NCBI GenBank assembly: GCA_902589095.1
Contig: CACIRR010000001.1
Span: 17,627-81,626, forward strand
DNA: 64,000 nucleotides
Direction: 5' to 3'
From: an uncultured Alphaproteobacteria bacterium
Lineage (GTDB): Bacteria; Pseudomonadota; Alphaproteobacteria; HIMB59; GCA-002718135
The first letter of the stretch is position 1. Every line of letters begins with the position of its first letter. A program made the position numbers and the translations under genes. This document shows positions 38,957 to 50,311 of this stretch, piece after piece. Below the pieces are notes generated by a model. That model was given only the letters and a program-made list of their open reading frames with translations. It was not told the origin of the DNA and searched no databases.

Positions 38957-41900
38957 ATGAAATTTTTAGGACCCATTGTTGAAAAATCTGAGTCTTTTAT
39001 TATTGGTGAAATTTTTCGAACTAGTAAAAATTCTCTAATTTATATAGCTAAAGATGATAGGGAGATTAATGATATTTACAGTAAACTCTTATGGTTGTTA
39101 CCAAATAAAAAAATATTAATTTATAAAGCGTGGGATCAAATTCCGTATGATAATATATCTCCCTCTAAGGAAATACAAACATCAAGATTGAATACATTAA
39201 ACTATCTTAATACTTATAACGAAGAGCAAAAAATCCTTTTAACTACAGTTAACGCTATAATTCAAAAAACAATTCCAAAGAAAATTTTGAATGAATATTT
39301 TTTAAATATTGTTACTAATACTAAATTAAACTTAAGTAATTTAATTTCATCACTTATACGACTAGGGTATGAAAGAACATCTATAGTCAGAGATAAATCA
39401 GAATTTGCAATTCGTGGATCTATTATAGATATTTTTCTCCCACAATATAAAAGTCCATTTAGAATCGATTTATTTGACAATGATATAGAGTCAATATTTG
39501 AATTTGATCCAATCACACAAAAGAGAACGACAAAGACTTCTGTAGAAAATATAATCCTCAGCCCAAGCTCAGAATTAATAATAGATGATAAAAATTTAGA
39601 GATATTTCGTTCAAAATTTAGAACTAATTTTGACAATTATAGAAAAAGTCAAGTTTATGAATTATTTTCAAATAGGGCAGTCCCTGCGGGAGGTGAACAA
39701 TACTTACCTTTTTTTCATGATAACATGGATACACTTTTTGATTATTGTGAAAACTATCATCTATTATTACAAAATGATGTTTTAGATTTAGCACATGAAA
39801 GAATTGAAAATTTAAATGATTTTTATGATGCCAGAATTCAATCTAATGATAAATTTTATTTAAAACCAGAATTTTTATTTATTGATAGTAAATTTTTTAA
39901 AAAAAATATTAAATCATTTGAAGCTACTACTTTATCATTATTTAAAAATGAAAATACTAGACCATTAAGCATAAAAAAAATTAATAATATTTCTTCAATA
40001 CGCAAAGAAATTGATTTTAATTTTATTAAAAAATTTTTTGAAATTAATTTAAAAAATAAAAAAATAGTTATTTGTTGCAATTCAAATGGGTCATTAGAAA
40101 AAGTATCTAAAATATTATTTGACAATATTTATATAAGAGCAAAGAAAATTTCAAATTTCTATGAAATTACAAACAATGGTATTTTTATAACATCTTTGAA
40201 AATAGAAGAGTCCCTTGAATTTAATGATGTATTATTTATCAATGAAAAAACAATCTTTGGCTATAGTTTTGCTGTTAAATCATCTCAAAAAAATAATAAA
40301 CAAAAGTTTGTTTTTGAAGAACTCAATAAGTTATCCCAAGGATCTCTTCTTGTGCATTCAGATTATGGGATTTGTCGATTTAACAATATTAAAAAAATAA
40401 ATCTAAATGACTCTGTTCATGATTGTTTGGAATTAGAATTTGCAGACAGTCAAAAACTTTTTCTACCTGTAGAAAATTTAAGTTATGTAACTAAATATGG
40501 AAATGATGATGAAACAAGTATAAGCTTAGATAAATTAGGTGCCTCAAGTTGGCAAAAAAGAAAGGCTGAAGCTAAAAAGAAAATAAAAGATGCTGCAAAA
40601 AAGTTAATAAAAATTGCATCAAAAAGATTAGAGTCTAAATCATATCAGATTAATACTAATCATACAGAATATGATAAATTTTGTAGCACATTTCCATTTG
40701 TTGAAACTGATGATCAGCTTAACTCAATCAACGATGTAATTAATGATTTTGAAAAAGATACGCCTAGTGACCGTTTAATTGTTGGAGATGTTGCCTTTGG
40801 TAAAACGGAGGTAATTATAAGAGCTTTATTTCTTGCTGCAAAATCTAAAGTGCAATCAATAGTTTTTGTTCCAACAACATTACTTTCACGTCAACACTAT
40901 AATAATTTCATTAAGAGATTTAATTTGTTTGATATAAAAGTTGCAGAAGTATCAAGACTCATTTCACAAAAAGAAAAAAATGAAATTTATAAAGAATGCA
41001 CTGAAGGAAAAATTGATATTTTAATTGGTACTCATGCTCTTTTAAGTGATAAATTGTCTTTTAAAAAACTTGGTTTAATTATTTATGATGAAGAACAAAA
41101 ATTAGGAACAATCCAAAAAGAAAAGTTTAAAGAAATTGCTCCTAATGCACATGTTTTAGCTCTATCAGCAACTCCAATACCACGTACATTGTCTATGTCT
41201 TTATCGGGTATAAGAGATTTAAGTTTAATTCTCACAGCTCCTTACGAGAGATTAGCGGTAAGAAGCTATGTAACCAAATTTGATACAGTTACAATTTCTG
41301 AGGCGATTAAAAGAGAAATTTATGGAAGAAGAAATGGTGTATATTATGTAACTCCAAGAAAAAAAGATATTCCATTCATTGAAGAATTTTTAAAAGAAAA
41401 TTTACCTGACATTAAATATGTAGTTACTCATGGTCAGTTGGCACCAGCAATACTTGAGTCAAGAATTTCAAAGTTTTATAATCAAGAAGTCCCTCTAATG
41501 GTTAGTACAAATATAATTGAAAATGGATTGGATCTTCCTCACGTTAATACAATTATTGTTCATAGATCAAATTTATTTTCTTTGGCTGCACTTTATCAAC
41601 TTAAGGGAAGAGTTGGAAGATCTTCTAAAAGAGGCTATGCCTACATCACTTTCAAAGAGAATGAACTTAAAGATAATGGTAAGAAAAGATTATCGATTAT
41701 AAATACTTCAGATGCTCTTGGTTCAGGTTTTAATATTGCCTCACAAGATTTAGATATGAGAGGAGGAGGGTCAATAATTGGGGAAGAGCAGAGTGGTTTT
41801 ATACGAGAAATAGGAACTGAATTATATCATCAATTACTAGAAGAAGAGATAATTTTTCAAAAACAAAAGAAACTATCAAATGATGATAAAAATATAAATA

Positions 41901-42337
41901 ATTTTCAACCAGTTATTAAAATTCCAGAAGAAATTTATATACCTGATGACTACATAGATGATCTAGATTTGCGACTCTCTATTTATAAAAGGATATCTAA
42001 TGTAACCGATTATCAAGAACTTTCCAATTTAAGCACAGAGTTCGCTGATAGATTTGGGTCAATACCAAAACCTCTAGATAATTTATTTAATTTAATTGAG
42101 TTAAAAATTCTATGTATAAGTTACAACATAGAACAACTTGAATTTAGTAGAAAGGGAATTGTCATTGGTTTTTACAAAAATAATCCTACTAATCCTGAAA
42201 AATTACTTAGTCTTACTCTTAATAAAAATGATCATTATTCATTGAGACCTGATCAAAAAATATTTTATGATTTTAGAGGTTACTTAAATGAGAATAGATT
42301 TAATTTAGCAAAGAAAATAATAAGTCAGATTAGTTAA
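38957..42337 (+). CDS. mfd: Transcription-repair coupling factor Mfd
   Basis: 1126 aa with helicase motifs GDVAFGKTEV and DEEQKLG, QLKGRVGRS, and a TRG-like region. Confidence 0.95.
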   Translation: MKFLGPIVEKSESFIIGEIFRTSKNSLIYIAKDDREINDIYSKLLWLLPNKKILIYKAWDQIPYDNISPSKEIQTSRLNTLNYLNTYNEEQKILLTTVNAIIQKTIPKKILNEYFLNIVTNTKLNLSNLISSLIRLGYERTSIVRDKSEFAIRGSIIDIFLPQYKSPFRIDLFDNDIESIFEFDPITQKRTTKTSVENIILSPSSELIIDDKNLEIFRSKFRTNFDNYRKSQVYELFSNRAVPAGGEQYLPFFHDNMDTLFDYCENYHLLLQNDVLDLAHERIENLNDFYDARIQSNDKFYLKPEFLFIDSKFFKKNIKSFEATTLSLFKNENTRPLSIKKINNISSIRKEIDFNFIKKFFEINLKNKKIVICCNSNGSLEKVSKILFDNIYIRAKKISNFYEITNNGIFITSLKIEESLEFNDVLFINEKTIFGYSFAVKSSQKNNKQKFVFEELNKLSQGSLLVHSDYGICRFNNIKKINLNDSVHDCLELEFADSQKLFLPVENLSYVTKYGNDDETSISLDKLGASSWQKRKAEAKKKIKDAAKKLIKIASKRLESKSYQINTNHTEYDKFCSTFPFVETDDQLNSINDVINDFEKDTPSDRLIVGDVAFGKTEVIIRALFLAAKSKVQSIVFVPTTLLSRQHYNNFIKRFNLFDIKVAEVSRLISQKEKNEIYKECTEGKIDILIGTHALLSDKLSFKKLGLIIYDEEQKLGTIQKEKFKEIAPNAHVLALSATPIPRTLSMSLSGIRDLSLILTAPYERLAVRSYVTKFDTVTISEAIKREIYGRRNGVYYVTPRKKDIPFIEEFLKENLPDIKYVVTHGQLAPAILESRISKFYNQEVPLMVSTNIIENGLDLPHVNTIIVHRSNLFSLAALYQLKGRVGRSSKRGYAYITFKENELKDNGKKRLSIINTSDALGSGFNIASQDLDMRGGGSIIGEEQSGFIREIGTELYHQLLEEEIIFQKQKKLSNDDKNINNFQPVIKIPEEIYIPDDYIDDLDLRLSIYKRISNVTDYQELSNLSTEFADRFGSIPKPLDNLFNLIELKILCISYNIEQLEFSRKGIVIGFYKNNPTNPEKLLSLTLNKNDHYSLRPDQKIFYDFRGYLNENRFNLAKKIISQIS

Positions 42338-42354
42338 AATTATTAAAATTAAAA

Positions 42355-42444
42355 TGGCGGAGAGACAGAGATTCGAACTCTGGAAGGTGTTGCCACCTTG
42401 CCGGTTTTCAAGACCGGTGCTTTCAACCGCTCAGCCATCTCTCC
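42355..42444 (-). tRNA. tRNA-Ser (anticodon TGA), long variable arm, CCA encoded
   Basis: The reverse complement folds with acceptor GGAGAGA/TCTCTCC, anticodon stem CCGGT/ACCGG with loop CTTGAAA, a long variable arm, and T arm CAGAG-TTCGAAT-CTCTG. Confidence 0.95.
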
Positions 42445-42459
42445 GTTTTTGTGGGTTTT

Positions 42460-42487
42460 GTTATACTTTTAAATATATTAAAGTCAA
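42460..42487 (-). promoter_or_regulatory. Probable sigma-70 promoter for tRNA-Ser
   Basis: On the minus strand: TTGACT (42482-42487), a 16-nt spacer, then TATAAC (42460-42465), about 15 nt upstream of the tRNA 5' end. Confidence 0.45.
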
Positions 42488-42541
42488 AATATAAAGGATA
42501 TAAAAATATACGAATTTATAAAAATTTGTTATTTCGTTAAT

Positions 42542-43573
42542 ATGATTCATAAATATATTTTTCTAATTTTCATCTTTTTTACATACTCATTAAAAGCATG
42601 TGAGAAACCAACAATGCCTACTCCTAGTGAATGGAATAACTGGTTAGAAGATGTTAGAAATGAGGCTAAGGATAAAAACATCAGTGAAAAAACAATCAGC
42701 CTCTATTTGTCTGATGTTAAACCTCAGGAAAAAATTATTCTCCGTGACCGATGCCAACCAGAGTCAACAATTACTCTAGAAGAATATTTGTATTATCGCG
42801 TTGATAAATCTAGGATAATTGCAGGCAGAAACGTTTTAAAAGAACATAAGGATATTTTAAACAAAATTTCTAAACATTTTGGCATTCAGCCTCGTTTTAT
42901 TGTAGCAGTTTTGGGAATGGAGAGTTTTTATGGACGAAATCAGGGGAAAGTAGATACTATTACAGCAGTAACAACACTAGCTTTTGACAGACGAAGAAGT
43001 GATTTTTATAGAAAGCAGTTATTTGCCGCTCTAAAAATATTAGATGATGAATTAGTCCCTTCAGGTCAATTGATAGGTAGCTGGGGCGGTGCTGTTGGAA
43101 TGACACAAATGATACCAACAACCTTTTTAGAGAGTGCTTATGATTGGGATGGAGGAGGGATTGATATATGGAATAGTTATGCCGATGGTTTTGCTAGCAC
43201 AGCTAATTATTTAACTTCAATTGATAAGAACCCTTGGTCAAACGATAGTACGTGGGGAAGAGAGGTTTTACCTCCTGATAATATTGAGTTTATATATCCA
43301 TCTTTAAAACAAGATAATCCAAAAGGGTGCGGAGCTGTTAAAAGAAGATCTGTACCTAAATCATTACCCGAATGGTCCAATTTAGGATTTAAAACAATAA
43401 ATAATACTCCACTTCCTCAAAGACCAGATCTTGAAGCGCGATTAGTTGCACCAGATGGGGTTAAAGGGAGAATGTTTTTAGTTTATCCAAATTATAAAAA
43501 CATTTTATATTACAATTGTTCATCTTATTACGCAATTTCTATAGGACTTCTTAGTGATGAAATTAATAATTAG
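42542..43573 (+). CDS. mltB: Lytic murein transglycosylase (MltB family)
   Basis: 343 aa with a signal peptide and the catalytic region VLGMESFYG...GAVGMTQMIPTTF, typical of MltB/Slt35-like enzymes. Confidence 0.85.
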   Translation: MIHKYIFLIFIFFTYSLKACEKPTMPTPSEWNNWLEDVRNEAKDKNISEKTISLYLSDVKPQEKIILRDRCQPESTITLEEYLYYRVDKSRIIAGRNVLKEHKDILNKISKHFGIQPRFIVAVLGMESFYGRNQGKVDTITAVTTLAFDRRRSDFYRKQLFAALKILDDELVPSGQLIGSWGGAVGMTQMIPTTFLESAYDWDGGGIDIWNSYADGFASTANYLTSIDKNPWSNDSTWGREVLPPDNIEFIYPSLKQDNPKGCGAVKRRSVPKSLPEWSNLGFKTINNTPLPQRPDLEARLVAPDGVKGRMFLVYPNYKNILYYNCSSYYAISIGLLSDEINN

Positions 43574-44489
43574 TTTATTTTTTATTTTTTTATTTTCTTG
43601 CGATAATATCTCTAACAATAAAGTTGTAAATAAAATAGAAAATGCAAAAAATATCATTGAGGATAAGACTAAAGAAAATGTTGCAAAATTCGTTGAACCA
43701 AAAAAAAACTTAGATAAAAAAAAATCAACTAGTGAAAATATTTTCTATTTTATAGGGGATCCATATTTTATTGAAGGTGTAAAATATACTCCTAAAGAAG
43801 ATTATTCTTATTCAGAAGTTGGACTTGCCACTTTCTATGATAAAGAGTTGCATAACCAAAAAACTCTTAATAATGATCTAAACAAAGTTACAGAATTACT
43901 TGGTCGACACAAAACTCTACCCTTACCCAGTATTGTTAAAATAACAAATTTAGAAAATGGATTATCCTTAACAATTAAAGTAGTTGATAGACATGATGAC
44001 AATGCTTCAGTTATTCAAGTTTCTCGTAAAGTGGCACAATTATTAAGGTTCTACAAAAATAGAATAGCCAGAGTAAAAGTAGAAATTTTATCTGATCCAT
44101 CAAAACAATGGAAAAATGTTACTATGTCCATCAACGATGAAGATTTTAACTCTACAGTTGAATCAGCGCCAACTGAAATTGTATCTATTTCTAACATAGA
44201 TGATGATATTGAAGAGAGTAGCGTACAAGAAGATATGGAACAACCAATTGAATTAGGTTTCGAGAAAGTCGAAAATTTAGAACTATTTTTACATATTAAT
44301 AATTTCAAAAATTATGAAGATATTCAAAAAATTGTTAATGAAATACAATTAAAAGAAAAATTCACTTCAGAAAATATGGGCGATTTTTATAAACTAATAA
44401 TTGGTCCAATTGAAAACGAAGTAGCTAATAAATTAGTTTCGACATTCATTCTTAAAGGTTATAAGGAGAATGAAATAATTTTGGAATAA
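43554..44489 (+). CDS. rlpA: Septal ring lytic transglycosylase RlpA-like lipoprotein (DPBB + C-terminal SPOR-like domain)
   Basis: Lipobox LFSC. It has a DPBB region (GLATFYDKELHNQKT...PLPSIVKITNLENGLSLTIKVVDR) and a C-terminal SPOR-like segment (LFLHINNFKNYEDIQKI...FYKLIIGP). Confidence 0.8.
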   Translation: MMKLIISLFFIFLFSCDNISNNKVVNKIENAKNIIEDKTKENVAKFVEPKKNLDKKKSTSENIFYFIGDPYFIEGVKYTPKEDYSYSEVGLATFYDKELHNQKTLNNDLNKVTELLGRHKTLPLPSIVKITNLENGLSLTIKVVDRHDDNASVIQVSRKVAQLLRFYKNRIARVKVEILSDPSKQWKNVTMSINDEDFNSTVESAPTEIVSISNIDDDIEESSVQEDMEQPIELGFEKVENLELFLHINNFKNYEDIQKIVNEIQLKEKFTSENMGDFYKLIIGPIENEVANKLVSTFILKGYKENEIILE

Positions 44490-44527
44490 TCTTACTTACA
44501 ACATATTTAAAAATTATAAATAATACT

Positions 44528-45661
44528 ATGAGAACACAAACGATCACCTTCATCTTATTAATTTTCTTAATTTCTAAAAATGTATTTGCAATTGATACGA
44601 AAGCTGAACAAGCAATCGTTATGGATTTTGATACAAATGAAATACTCTTTGAAAAAAACTCAAATTCAAAAACACCCCCTGCATCGATGACGAAAATTAT
44701 GACAGTTTATGCTGCATTTGACAGATTAAAAAATACTGATCTTTCAATTAATAATGAATGCACCGTTTCAGCAAAAGCCTACAAAATGGGCGGATCTAGA
44801 ACTTTTCTAGAAATAGACGATAAAGTTTCAATCGATGATCTTCTTAAGGGAATAATTATACAATCAGGAAATGATGCTTCAGTAGCGTTAGCAGAGTGTT
44901 TAGCAGGTACCGAAGAAGATTTCGCAAAATTAATGAATGTTTATGCTAAGCGTTTAGGGATGAATAACACAAACTTTATTAATTCATCGGGATGGCCTGA
45001 AGATGATCATTATTCTACAGTATATGATTTAGCAATCCTATCAAATGCTGTTATAAGAGAGTTTCCTAATCTTTACCTTTATTTTGCTGATGAAGAATTT
45101 ACTTACAATGACATCAAGCAACCAAACAGAAACAAGCTATTAAGTTCTGTTCAAGGAGCTGATGGATTAAAAACAGGTTTTACAAAAGCATCTGGATGGG
45201 GAATTGCAGCAACAGCCAAAAGAGAAGATAGAAGAATTACTGTTGTAATCAATGGAACTAATAGCTCCAGATCAAGAATGAATGAATCTGCAAATTTAAT
45301 TAATTGGGCCTTTTCACAAACAAGTCAAAAAGAACTAGTCAGGGAAGGTCAAGTGATTACACAGGTAGATGTATGGCTTGGAAATAAGCCAAGAGTGAAC
45401 TTAATTTCTTCTAGAAAAGTTGTGTCAACTTTATCTTTTGATCAATTGCAATTAATTAAGCCTTCAATTCAGTATAAGAAGCCCCTAGATGCACCAATTT
45501 TGAAAGGTAATTCATATGGTAAATTATTAATTTCAATTGAAGGTAAACCAAATATAGAAATTGATTTAGTGGCTGAAGAAAATGTAGGAACTATAAATCC
45601 AATATTAAAGATTTTCGCTGCACTGAAGTATCTTATTTTTGGTTCAACTTTAGATGAATAA
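44528..45661 (+). CDS. D-alanyl-D-alanine carboxypeptidase (PBP5/6 family)
   Basis: Signal peptide plus the SMTK (SxxK), SGN and KTG motifs. Confidence 0.9.
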   Translation: MRTQTITFILLIFLISKNVFAIDTKAEQAIVMDFDTNEILFEKNSNSKTPPASMTKIMTVYAAFDRLKNTDLSINNECTVSAKAYKMGGSRTFLEIDDKVSIDDLLKGIIIQSGNDASVALAECLAGTEEDFAKLMNVYAKRLGMNNTNFINSSGWPEDDHYSTVYDLAILSNAVIREFPNLYLYFADEEFTYNDIKQPNRNKLLSSVQGADGLKTGFTKASGWGIAATAKREDRRITVVINGTNSSRSRMNESANLINWAFSQTSQKELVREGQVITQVDVWLGNKPRVNLISSRKVVSTLSFDQLQLIKPSIQYKKPLDAPILKGNSYGKLLISIEGKPNIEIDLVAEENVGTINPILKIFAALKYLIFGSTLDE

Positions 45662-46271
45662 AAAAAAAGGTTTATTTATAACTTTTGAAGGTCCCGAGGC
45701 TAGTGGTAAATCATCACAAATTTTACTGTTGGAAAAATATTTAAAAAAAAACAAAATTCCATTTATTACAACAAGAGAACCTGGTGGAACTAAAATTGCA
45801 GAGTCGCTAAGAAAACTTATTTTAAAAGTTAAGTCAGATATTAATATACAGGAAGAAATATTAATGCTTATGGCAGCCAGATCACATCATATCAATAATG
45901 TTATAGTCCCATCTCTGAAAAAAGGTAAGTTAGTTATATCAGATAGATTTGCTGACTCTACTTTTGTTTACCAGGGTTATGTAAATAAATTTGGTATACA
46001 AAAAGCTAAAAATTTACATAAAAATCTGTTAAATAATTTTTTACCCCATAAAACTTTTCTATTTGAATTATCTACCAAGTTAATTTTATTAAGGTTAAAG
46101 CAAAGAAAATTAAAAAATAAATACGATAAATTAGATAGAAAATTCCATGACTCTGTTAATAAAGGCTATAAATTAATTTATAATCACAAAAGATTTATAA
46201 AAATAGATGCATCTAAGCCTATTACTCAAATTAATAATGAAATTATAAATTATATAAATTCATTGTTATGA
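45654..46271 (+). CDS. tmk: Thymidylate kinase
   Basis: P-loop FEGPEASGKSSQ, followed by TREPGGT and the DRF motif. Confidence 0.9.
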   Translation: MNKKKGLFITFEGPEASGKSSQILLLEKYLKKNKIPFITTREPGGTKIAESLRKLILKVKSDINIQEEILMLMAARSHHINNVIVPSLKKGKLVISDRFADSTFVYQGYVNKFGIQKAKNLHKNLLNNFLPHKTFLFELSTKLILLRLKQRKLKNKYDKLDRKFHDSVNKGYKLIYNHKRFIKIDASKPITQINNEIINYINSLL

Positions 46272-47257
46272 AATCATTAGTGGGTTTTGAAAAAGAATTT
46301 GAAATTATTTCAAAAAATTTAATTGCTGACAAACTAAATCACTCGGTTCTTATTTGTGGAAATAAAGGAATAGGTAAATATTTTTTTATTATTAAAATAA
46401 TTGAAGAGTATATGAAATTAAAAATCAACGCAGATCAAATCAATCACCATTTAACTCTCTTAGATAATAATTCACATCCTAATATTAAAATATTAAATAA
46501 AAAACTTGATGAAAAAACTAGTAGAGTAAGAAATAATATTACAATAGATCAAATTAGAGAATTAAATAATTTTTTTACAGAGACATCATTAATTGATAAT
46601 TTTCCAAAATTTATTTTGATTGATAGCGCTGATGATTTAAATATCAGTTCTTCAAATGCTCTTTTGAAAATATTAGAAGAACCAAAAAAGAATACTTATT
46701 TTTTTTTAATTTCACATCACCATTCATCATTATTGCCAACAATTAAATCTCGATGTTTAAAATTGCAATTGCCTGCTCATAATTATAATGATTTTGAAAA
46801 AATTTTAATTTCTAATAATCTTAAATATGATGATGAATTATTAAAATTATTATTTGATATAACTAATGGCTCTCCTGGCATATCTTTTGAATATAATGTC
46901 GAAAATTTTATTGATCTATTTAGTCGATTAAAAAATTCTTTAATAGACAGTGATATTTTTTCAAATGAAAATAATACGTTAATTGATACATTTTCTGCCT
47001 TTGAAAATGATAGGTTTTATATTCATTTATCACTATTTAAATTTATTTTAGTTGTGTTAAAAAAAATAAAATTAGGTATCAATATAAATGACATTTATTT
47101 ATCAAATAGTGTTTTAGATATAGAAAATTTATCAAATAAGTTGAATTCAGATATTATCGAAAAAAAATTTGATTACTTGATAAATAATGAAAATGATTTA
47201 TTCACATTCAATCTAGACAAAAAATTTTTTATGATTAACTTTTTTTCAACAAAATAA
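46268..47257 (+). CDS. holB: DNA polymerase III subunit delta'
   Basis: 329 aa with a degenerate P-loop GNKGIGK, an SRC motif (KSRC), and the conserved tmk-holB-metG position. Confidence 0.78.
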   Translation: MKSLVGFEKEFEIISKNLIADKLNHSVLICGNKGIGKYFFIIKIIEEYMKLKINADQINHHLTLLDNNSHPNIKILNKKLDEKTSRVRNNITIDQIRELNNFFTETSLIDNFPKFILIDSADDLNISSSNALLKILEEPKKNTYFFLISHHHSSLLPTIKSRCLKLQLPAHNYNDFEKILISNNLKYDDELLKLLFDITNGSPGISFEYNVENFIDLFSRLKNSLIDSDIFSNENNTLIDTFSAFENDRFYIHLSLFKFILVVLKKIKLGININDIYLSNSVLDIENLSNKLNSDIIEKKFDYLINNENDLFTFNLDKKFFMINFFSTK

Positions 47258-47262
47258 TTAAC

Positions 47263-48780
47263 ATGACTTATTTCATTACTACACCAATTTATTATGTTAA
47301 TGACGCTCCTCATATCGGTCATGCTTACACAACAATTGCTTGTGATATTTTATCAAGATATAGTAAGTTAAAGGGTGATAAAACATTTTTCTTAACTGGA
47401 ACTGATGAGCATGGGCAAAAAGTAGAAAAAGCTGCTTTGTCTAAGAAAAAAGATACACAAAATTTCGTTGATGAAATGTCCCAAAATTTTCGAGATTTAA
47501 TTCCATTTCTTGGCTGTCAAATAGATGATTTTATTAGAACTACAGAAGAAAGACATAAAATTGCAACACAATTTTTATGGAAAAAATTAAAAGATAATGA
47601 CCAAATTTACTTATCTAATTATGAGGGTTGGTATTCTATAAGAGATGAGGCATTCTATTTAGAATCTGAATTAACTAAAACCGAAAATGGACTTATTGCT
47701 CCATCAGGAGCTCCAGTTGAATGGGTTAAAGAAGAAAGTTATTTTTTTAAATTATCACAGTGGGAGGATAAATTATTAGAATATTATGAAAAAAATCCTG
47801 ACTCAATACTACCACGTTCAAGATATAATGAAGTTTTGAGCTTTATTAAGGGTGGATTAAAAGATTTATCAATCTCAAGGACAACTTTTAAGTGGGGTGT
47901 TCAAGTACCAGATACCGAAAACCATGTTATGTATGTATGGATCGATGCTCTATGCAATTATATTACAGCATTAAATTATCCAAATACTGACCACGATTCA
48001 TTTAAGACATTTTGGCCTGGAATTCACGTTGTTGGAAAAGACATTTTAAGATTTCATGCTGTCTATTGGCCAGCCTTTTTAATGGCTGCAGGATTAGAAC
48101 CTCCAAAACAAATTTTTGCCCATGGTTGGTGGACTAATGAGGGTCAAAAAATATCAAAATCTGTTGGAAATATAATTAATCCATATGAAATAATTGATAC
48201 TTATGGCCTCGATCAAATTAGATTTTTTCTTTTCAGAGAAGTCCCTTTTGGTAATGATGGAGATTTTTCAAAAGATGCAATTTCTCAAAGAGTTAATGCA
48301 GATTTATCGAACAATTATGGAAATTTAATTCAAAGAATAAGTTCATTTATAATTAAAAATTCTGATTCAACTGTTTCCAAACCTCATAGTTATAAAGAAA
48401 TAGATCATAAATTGTTAAAGTCATTTGATAAAACTTTAGTTAATTATCTTAAAAATATGAATTCTTTTCAAATTGACAAAGCTCTTAAAAACATTTTTGA
48501 TTATTTATCTGAAGTTAATGCTTATGTTGACTCCCAGGCTCCTTGGTCATTAAAAAAAACAGATAACCAAAGAATGAAAGATGTTTTATATTTAGTAACT
48601 TTGATAACAATAAAAATTTCAGTAATTCTATATCCAGTAATACCCTCTAGTATTGATAAAGCACTTAAAATTTATAATTTATCAATTGATAATTTAAACT
48701 TAAAAAATATTGAACATTTTTCACCTGATTTGATTAATTTAAATATCCCAAAACCTCTTTTTCCTCGAATTGATTTGTGA
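47263..48780 (+). CDS. metG: Methionine--tRNA ligase (short form, no C-terminal tRNA-binding domain)
   Basis: HIGH motif (APHIGHAYT) and KMSKS variant (KISKS). Confidence 0.95.
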   Translation: MTYFITTPIYYVNDAPHIGHAYTTIACDILSRYSKLKGDKTFFLTGTDEHGQKVEKAALSKKKDTQNFVDEMSQNFRDLIPFLGCQIDDFIRTTEERHKIATQFLWKKLKDNDQIYLSNYEGWYSIRDEAFYLESELTKTENGLIAPSGAPVEWVKEESYFFKLSQWEDKLLEYYEKNPDSILPRSRYNEVLSFIKGGLKDLSISRTTFKWGVQVPDTENHVMYVWIDALCNYITALNYPNTDHDSFKTFWPGIHVVGKDILRFHAVYWPAFLMAAGLEPPKQIFAHGWWTNEGQKISKSVGNIINPYEIIDTYGLDQIRFFLFREVPFGNDGDFSKDAISQRVNADLSNNYGNLIQRISSFIIKNSDSTVSKPHSYKEIDHKLLKSFDKTLVNYLKNMNSFQIDKALKNIFDYLSEVNAYVDSQAPWSLKKTDNQRMKDVLYLVTLITIKISVILYPVIPSSIDKALKIYNLSIDNLNLKNIEHFSPDLINLNIPKPLFPRIDL

Positions 48781-49553
48781 TTGACTCACACTGCCACTTA
48801 AATTTTGAAACTTTAAGTAAAGATCTTCCAAATATTGTTAAAAGATGCATTGATAATGGTGTTACGCATTTACTTTCAATAAATACAAACCCACAAGATT
48901 TCCAAACACATTTGAATTTAATTAGTGATTTTAATAATATTTTCATTTCATATGGTATTCATCCTGAAGGTATTAATAATGATACGATCTTTTCTTTTGA
49001 GGAAATAGAAAAAGTAATTAAAAATCCTAGATTAATTGCATTTGGAGAAACTGGTTTAGATTTTTATCATTCTATTGAATATAAAAATAAGCAATTTGAA
49101 ATATTTGAAGCTCACATTGAGGCATCAAAAATTTATGATATACCCTTGATTATTCATCAAAGAAATTCTGAAGAAGAAATAATTAGAGTTCTTAATAAAT
49201 TTAAAAATGATAATTTAAAACTTGTTTTTCATTGTTTCACCGGATCAAAAAAATTGTTAGAATTCTGTATTGAAAATAATTACTATATATCTCTATCAGG
49301 CATCGTAACTTTTAAAAATGCCGTTTCATTAAGGGAGATTATTGTTAATGCCTCATTAGATCATTTATTAATTGAAACAGATAGTCCTTTTTTGGCTCCT
49401 GTACCAATGCGAGGTAAATCTAATGAGCCATCTTTTGTTAAATTTACTGGTGAATTTCTTGCTGAATTTTATTCAATGTCTAAAGAAAATTTTTTTGAAT
49501 TAACAAATAACAATTTTTACAAATTGTTTTCTCGCGCAAAAAGAGATAATTAA
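48777..49553 (+). CDS. tatD: TatD family metal-dependent hydrolase
   Basis: The N-terminal IDSHCHL, GETGLD and ETDSPF motifs are present. Confidence 0.9.
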   Translation: MIDSHCHLNFETLSKDLPNIVKRCIDNGVTHLLSINTNPQDFQTHLNLISDFNNIFISYGIHPEGINNDTIFSFEEIEKVIKNPRLIAFGETGLDFYHSIEYKNKQFEIFEAHIEASKIYDIPLIIHQRNSEEEIIRVLNKFKNDNLKLVFHCFTGSKKLLEFCIENNYYISLSGIVTFKNAVSLREIIVNASLDHLLIETDSPFLAPVPMRGKSNEPSFVKFTGEFLAEFYSMSKENFFELTNNNFYKLFSRAKRDN

Positions 49554-49558
49554 ATCTA

Positions 49559-50311
49559 ATGAAAGTTCGAGTTTTGGGATGTGGTGGTTCTTTTGGTTCA
49601 CCCCTTGCATGGAATAGAAATGGGAATATTGACATCAATAACCCTAAAAATCATCGAACTAGATCATCTGTTTTAATCAATATTAATGATCAAAATTTAC
49701 TCATAGATACAAGTCCTGATTTGCGTTCACAATTATACAATGCAAGATGTACTAAAATTGATGCAGTATTATTTACGCATGAACATTCAGACCATACTGC
49801 AGGATTGCCAGATATGAGAGCAATGTCATTAATCAATCAATCAATAATTCCAGCATTTCTATCAAGTGATATTAAAGACTCCATGACAAGAAATTACCAA
49901 TATATATTTGATGGACATAGAGATTATTCACCATTTATGTCAGTTAAGACAATTGATAGTACTTTCAGTATTGGTAATACAAAAATCAATACTTTCAAAC
50001 ATAATCATGGATCTATAGATGTTCAAACATATAGAATCAATAATTTCGCATATTCAACTGATTTAAAAAATTTTTATGAAAATGATATTGATAAATTGAA
50101 AGATTTAGATCTCTGGATTGTTGGGTTGCTTAGATATGATCCGCACCCCTCTCATGCAGGGTTTGATCAAATTAATGAATATATAAATTATTTAAAACCC
50201 AAAAGGACTTTGTTTACTCACATGACAGCTTTACTTGATTATGATGAATTAATGTCAAAATGTCCTGAAAATGTTGAACCGGCATATGATGGTATGTCTA
50301 TAGAATTATGA
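49559..50311 (+). CDS. MBL-fold metallo-hydrolase (PhnP-like)
   Basis: HxHxDH motif (THEHSDHTAG). It occupies the conserved position after tatD in alphaproteobacteria. Confidence 0.8.
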   Translation: MKVRVLGCGGSFGSPLAWNRNGNIDINNPKNHRTRSSVLININDQNLLIDTSPDLRSQLYNARCTKIDAVLFTHEHSDHTAGLPDMRAMSLINQSIIPAFLSSDIKDSMTRNYQYIFDGHRDYSPFMSVKTIDSTFSIGNTKINTFKHNHGSIDVQTYRINNFAYSTDLKNFYENDIDKLKDLDLWIVGLLRYDPHPSHAGFDQINEYINYLKPKRTLFTHMTALLDYDELMSKCPENVEPAYDGMSIEL